From Methanomassiliicoccales archaeon (lineage in GTDB: Archaea; Thermoplasmatota; Thermoplasmata; Methanomassiliicoccales; UBA472): a stretch of DNA of 60,911 nucleotides. The translations under genes and the position numbers were made by a program. A model generated the notes under the pieces. It was given only the letters and a program-made list of their open reading frames with translations. It was not told the origin of the DNA and ran no database searches. The stretch lies in the NCBI GenBank assembly GCA_035404085.1, contig DAONGL010000003.1, forward strand, positions 22,441 to 83,351. The letters are read 5' to 3'. Positions 59,931-60,911 of the stretch are shown here, piece after piece (positions within the stretch are counted from its first letter, which is position 1; every line of letters begins with the position of its first letter).

Positions 59931-60840
59931 ACAGCTCCCTCCCCACCTTCCTAAGCATCTCCATCCCGTACACGTCCGTATCGAACAGCGGGACCTCTAT
60001 GCTTGGGATGGCGGAGAAGCGTTGGGCGATCTCCTTGAGATATTTGTCCTGGGTGGCCCTCCTCCGCTCCAGGAACCAGTTGCCTTGCAGAACCTCCCGG
60101 GGGATGACCTCGTTGATGATCAAAGATTTCACCTTGATGCCGAAACCGCCCAGGTCCTCTATGGCCCTGGCGGTCTCCTCTATGGGAAGTTTCTCCGGTA
60201 GCAGTACTAAGTTGAAGGCGGAAACGGTCTCGTCAGATAGGCCGCGCACGGACTTGTCGTAGCGCGCTTTTTCCGCCTCCAGGTCGGCTACCATGTTCTC
60301 GTCGTAGACGAAACCTAGAACTTCCGAAAGCTCGCGGCGGTTCTTGATCTGGTTGGATATATAGCCGGACCAATCGAAGGGCATGGACAGCTCGCGCAAG
60401 GTGTGTCCGGTCGGCGCGGTATCGAAGACCACCTTGTCGTGCTCGGTGTCCTCGAAGTAGCTCACGAACTGGTCGAAGGCGGCGATCTCCTCCGTGCAGG
60501 GAGTAGATAGCAGTTCCGAACCGAACATGGACGAGAACCCTTCCATCATCCCTTCCAGCCTAGTCTGGAACACGCCCATGGCCTTCTTGGGGTTGATGTT
60601 GAGGCCGCACAGGTTGCGCTCGGTCCCGATCTTGGTGATGTCGGTGGCGCTGATCTCCTGGCCGTAGATGGCTGATAGGCTTACTGTGGGATCAGTGGCC
60701 ACGATGAGCGTCTTGTAACCGTGGTCGGACAACCACGTCGCGGTGGTGGCGGCCATGGTGGTCTTCCCTACTCCGCCCTTGCCTCCGAAGAACAGGAACT
60801 TGCGCTTCTCTATTATCTCTCTCATGCTCTCCTGCGTCAT
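59920..60840 (-). CDS. ArsA/Get3-family ATPase (single-domain)
   Basis: FFGGKGGVGKTTMAA (deviant Walker A), IVATDPTVSLS, PCTEEIAAFDQF and FDTAPTGHTLR are present. 306 aa. Confidence 0.85.
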   Translation of the reverse strand: MTQESMREIIEKRKFLFFGGKGGVGKTTMAATTATWLSDHGYKTLIVATDPTVSLSAIYGQEISATDITKIGTERNLCGLNINPKKAMGVFQTRLEGMMEGFSSMFGSELLSTPCTEEIAAFDQFVSYFEDTEHDKVVFDTAPTGHTLRELSMPFDWSGYISNQIKNRRELSEVLGFVYDENMVADLEAEKARYDKSVRGLSDETVSAFNLVLLPEKLPIEETARAIEDLGGFGIKVKSLIINEVIPREVLQGNWFLERRRATQDKYLKEIAQRFSAIPSIEVPLFDTDVYGMEMLRKVGRELYGK

Positions 60841-60911
60841 TTCGATCGTCTTGAGATAGGGGTGAGCCTAGATATTGTTATGCTCGCCTTCATCATTTTT
60901 TATAACACCTC

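Overview
This 60.9-kb window comes from a GC-rich archaeal chromosome. Hand counts on single 60-nt lines give about 53-63% GC. The gene content looks euryarchaeal and Thermoplasmata/Methanomassiliicoccales-like, but that is inference only: an unsplit rpoB inside an rpoH-rpoB-rpoA'-rpoA''-rpl30e-nusA operon, aEF-1beta, eS17, GatDE, AglB, ThyX and HypB/HypE. I can support about 58 protein genes, 5 tRNA genes and one gene remnant. I saw no rRNA, CRISPR array, transposase or integrase. All family calls come from motif recognition by eye on the supplied translations or my own translations; no BLAST, HMM or folding program was run. Many long ORFs in the track are antisense or out-of-frame shadows typical of high-GC DNA and were discarded.

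The observations most worth a second look are:
- **tRNA-Lys(UUU), 1661-1794:** it is interrupted by two non-canonical bulge-helix-bulge introns, one in the D-loop and one in the T-loop.
- **AglB, 12751-19245:** this 2164-aa oligosaccharyltransferase is fused to a roughly 1240-aa beta-sandwich repeat stalk with a second membrane anchor, and is translationally coupled to a CARDB-like protein.
- **Low-GC beta-helix surface protein, 22931-27928:** this 1665-aa protein carries an unusual Tyr-rich YGIYLY-type repeat block.
- **RavA/ViaA-like pair, 44018-46907:** the AAA+ ATPase carries a classical C2H2 zinc-finger consensus, and the pair sits divergently from a hydantoinase/DUF362/DUF1015 cluster.
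- **Low-GC islet, 53265-54473:** it contains a single DUF3800 gene and lies directly 3' of tRNA-Arg(UCG).
- **Surface-protein remnant, 39279-39617:** it lies next to tRNA-Thr, and an in-frame TAG joins its two halves.

I did not find a clear-cut, self-evidently new multi-gene system. The candidates above are hypotheses.
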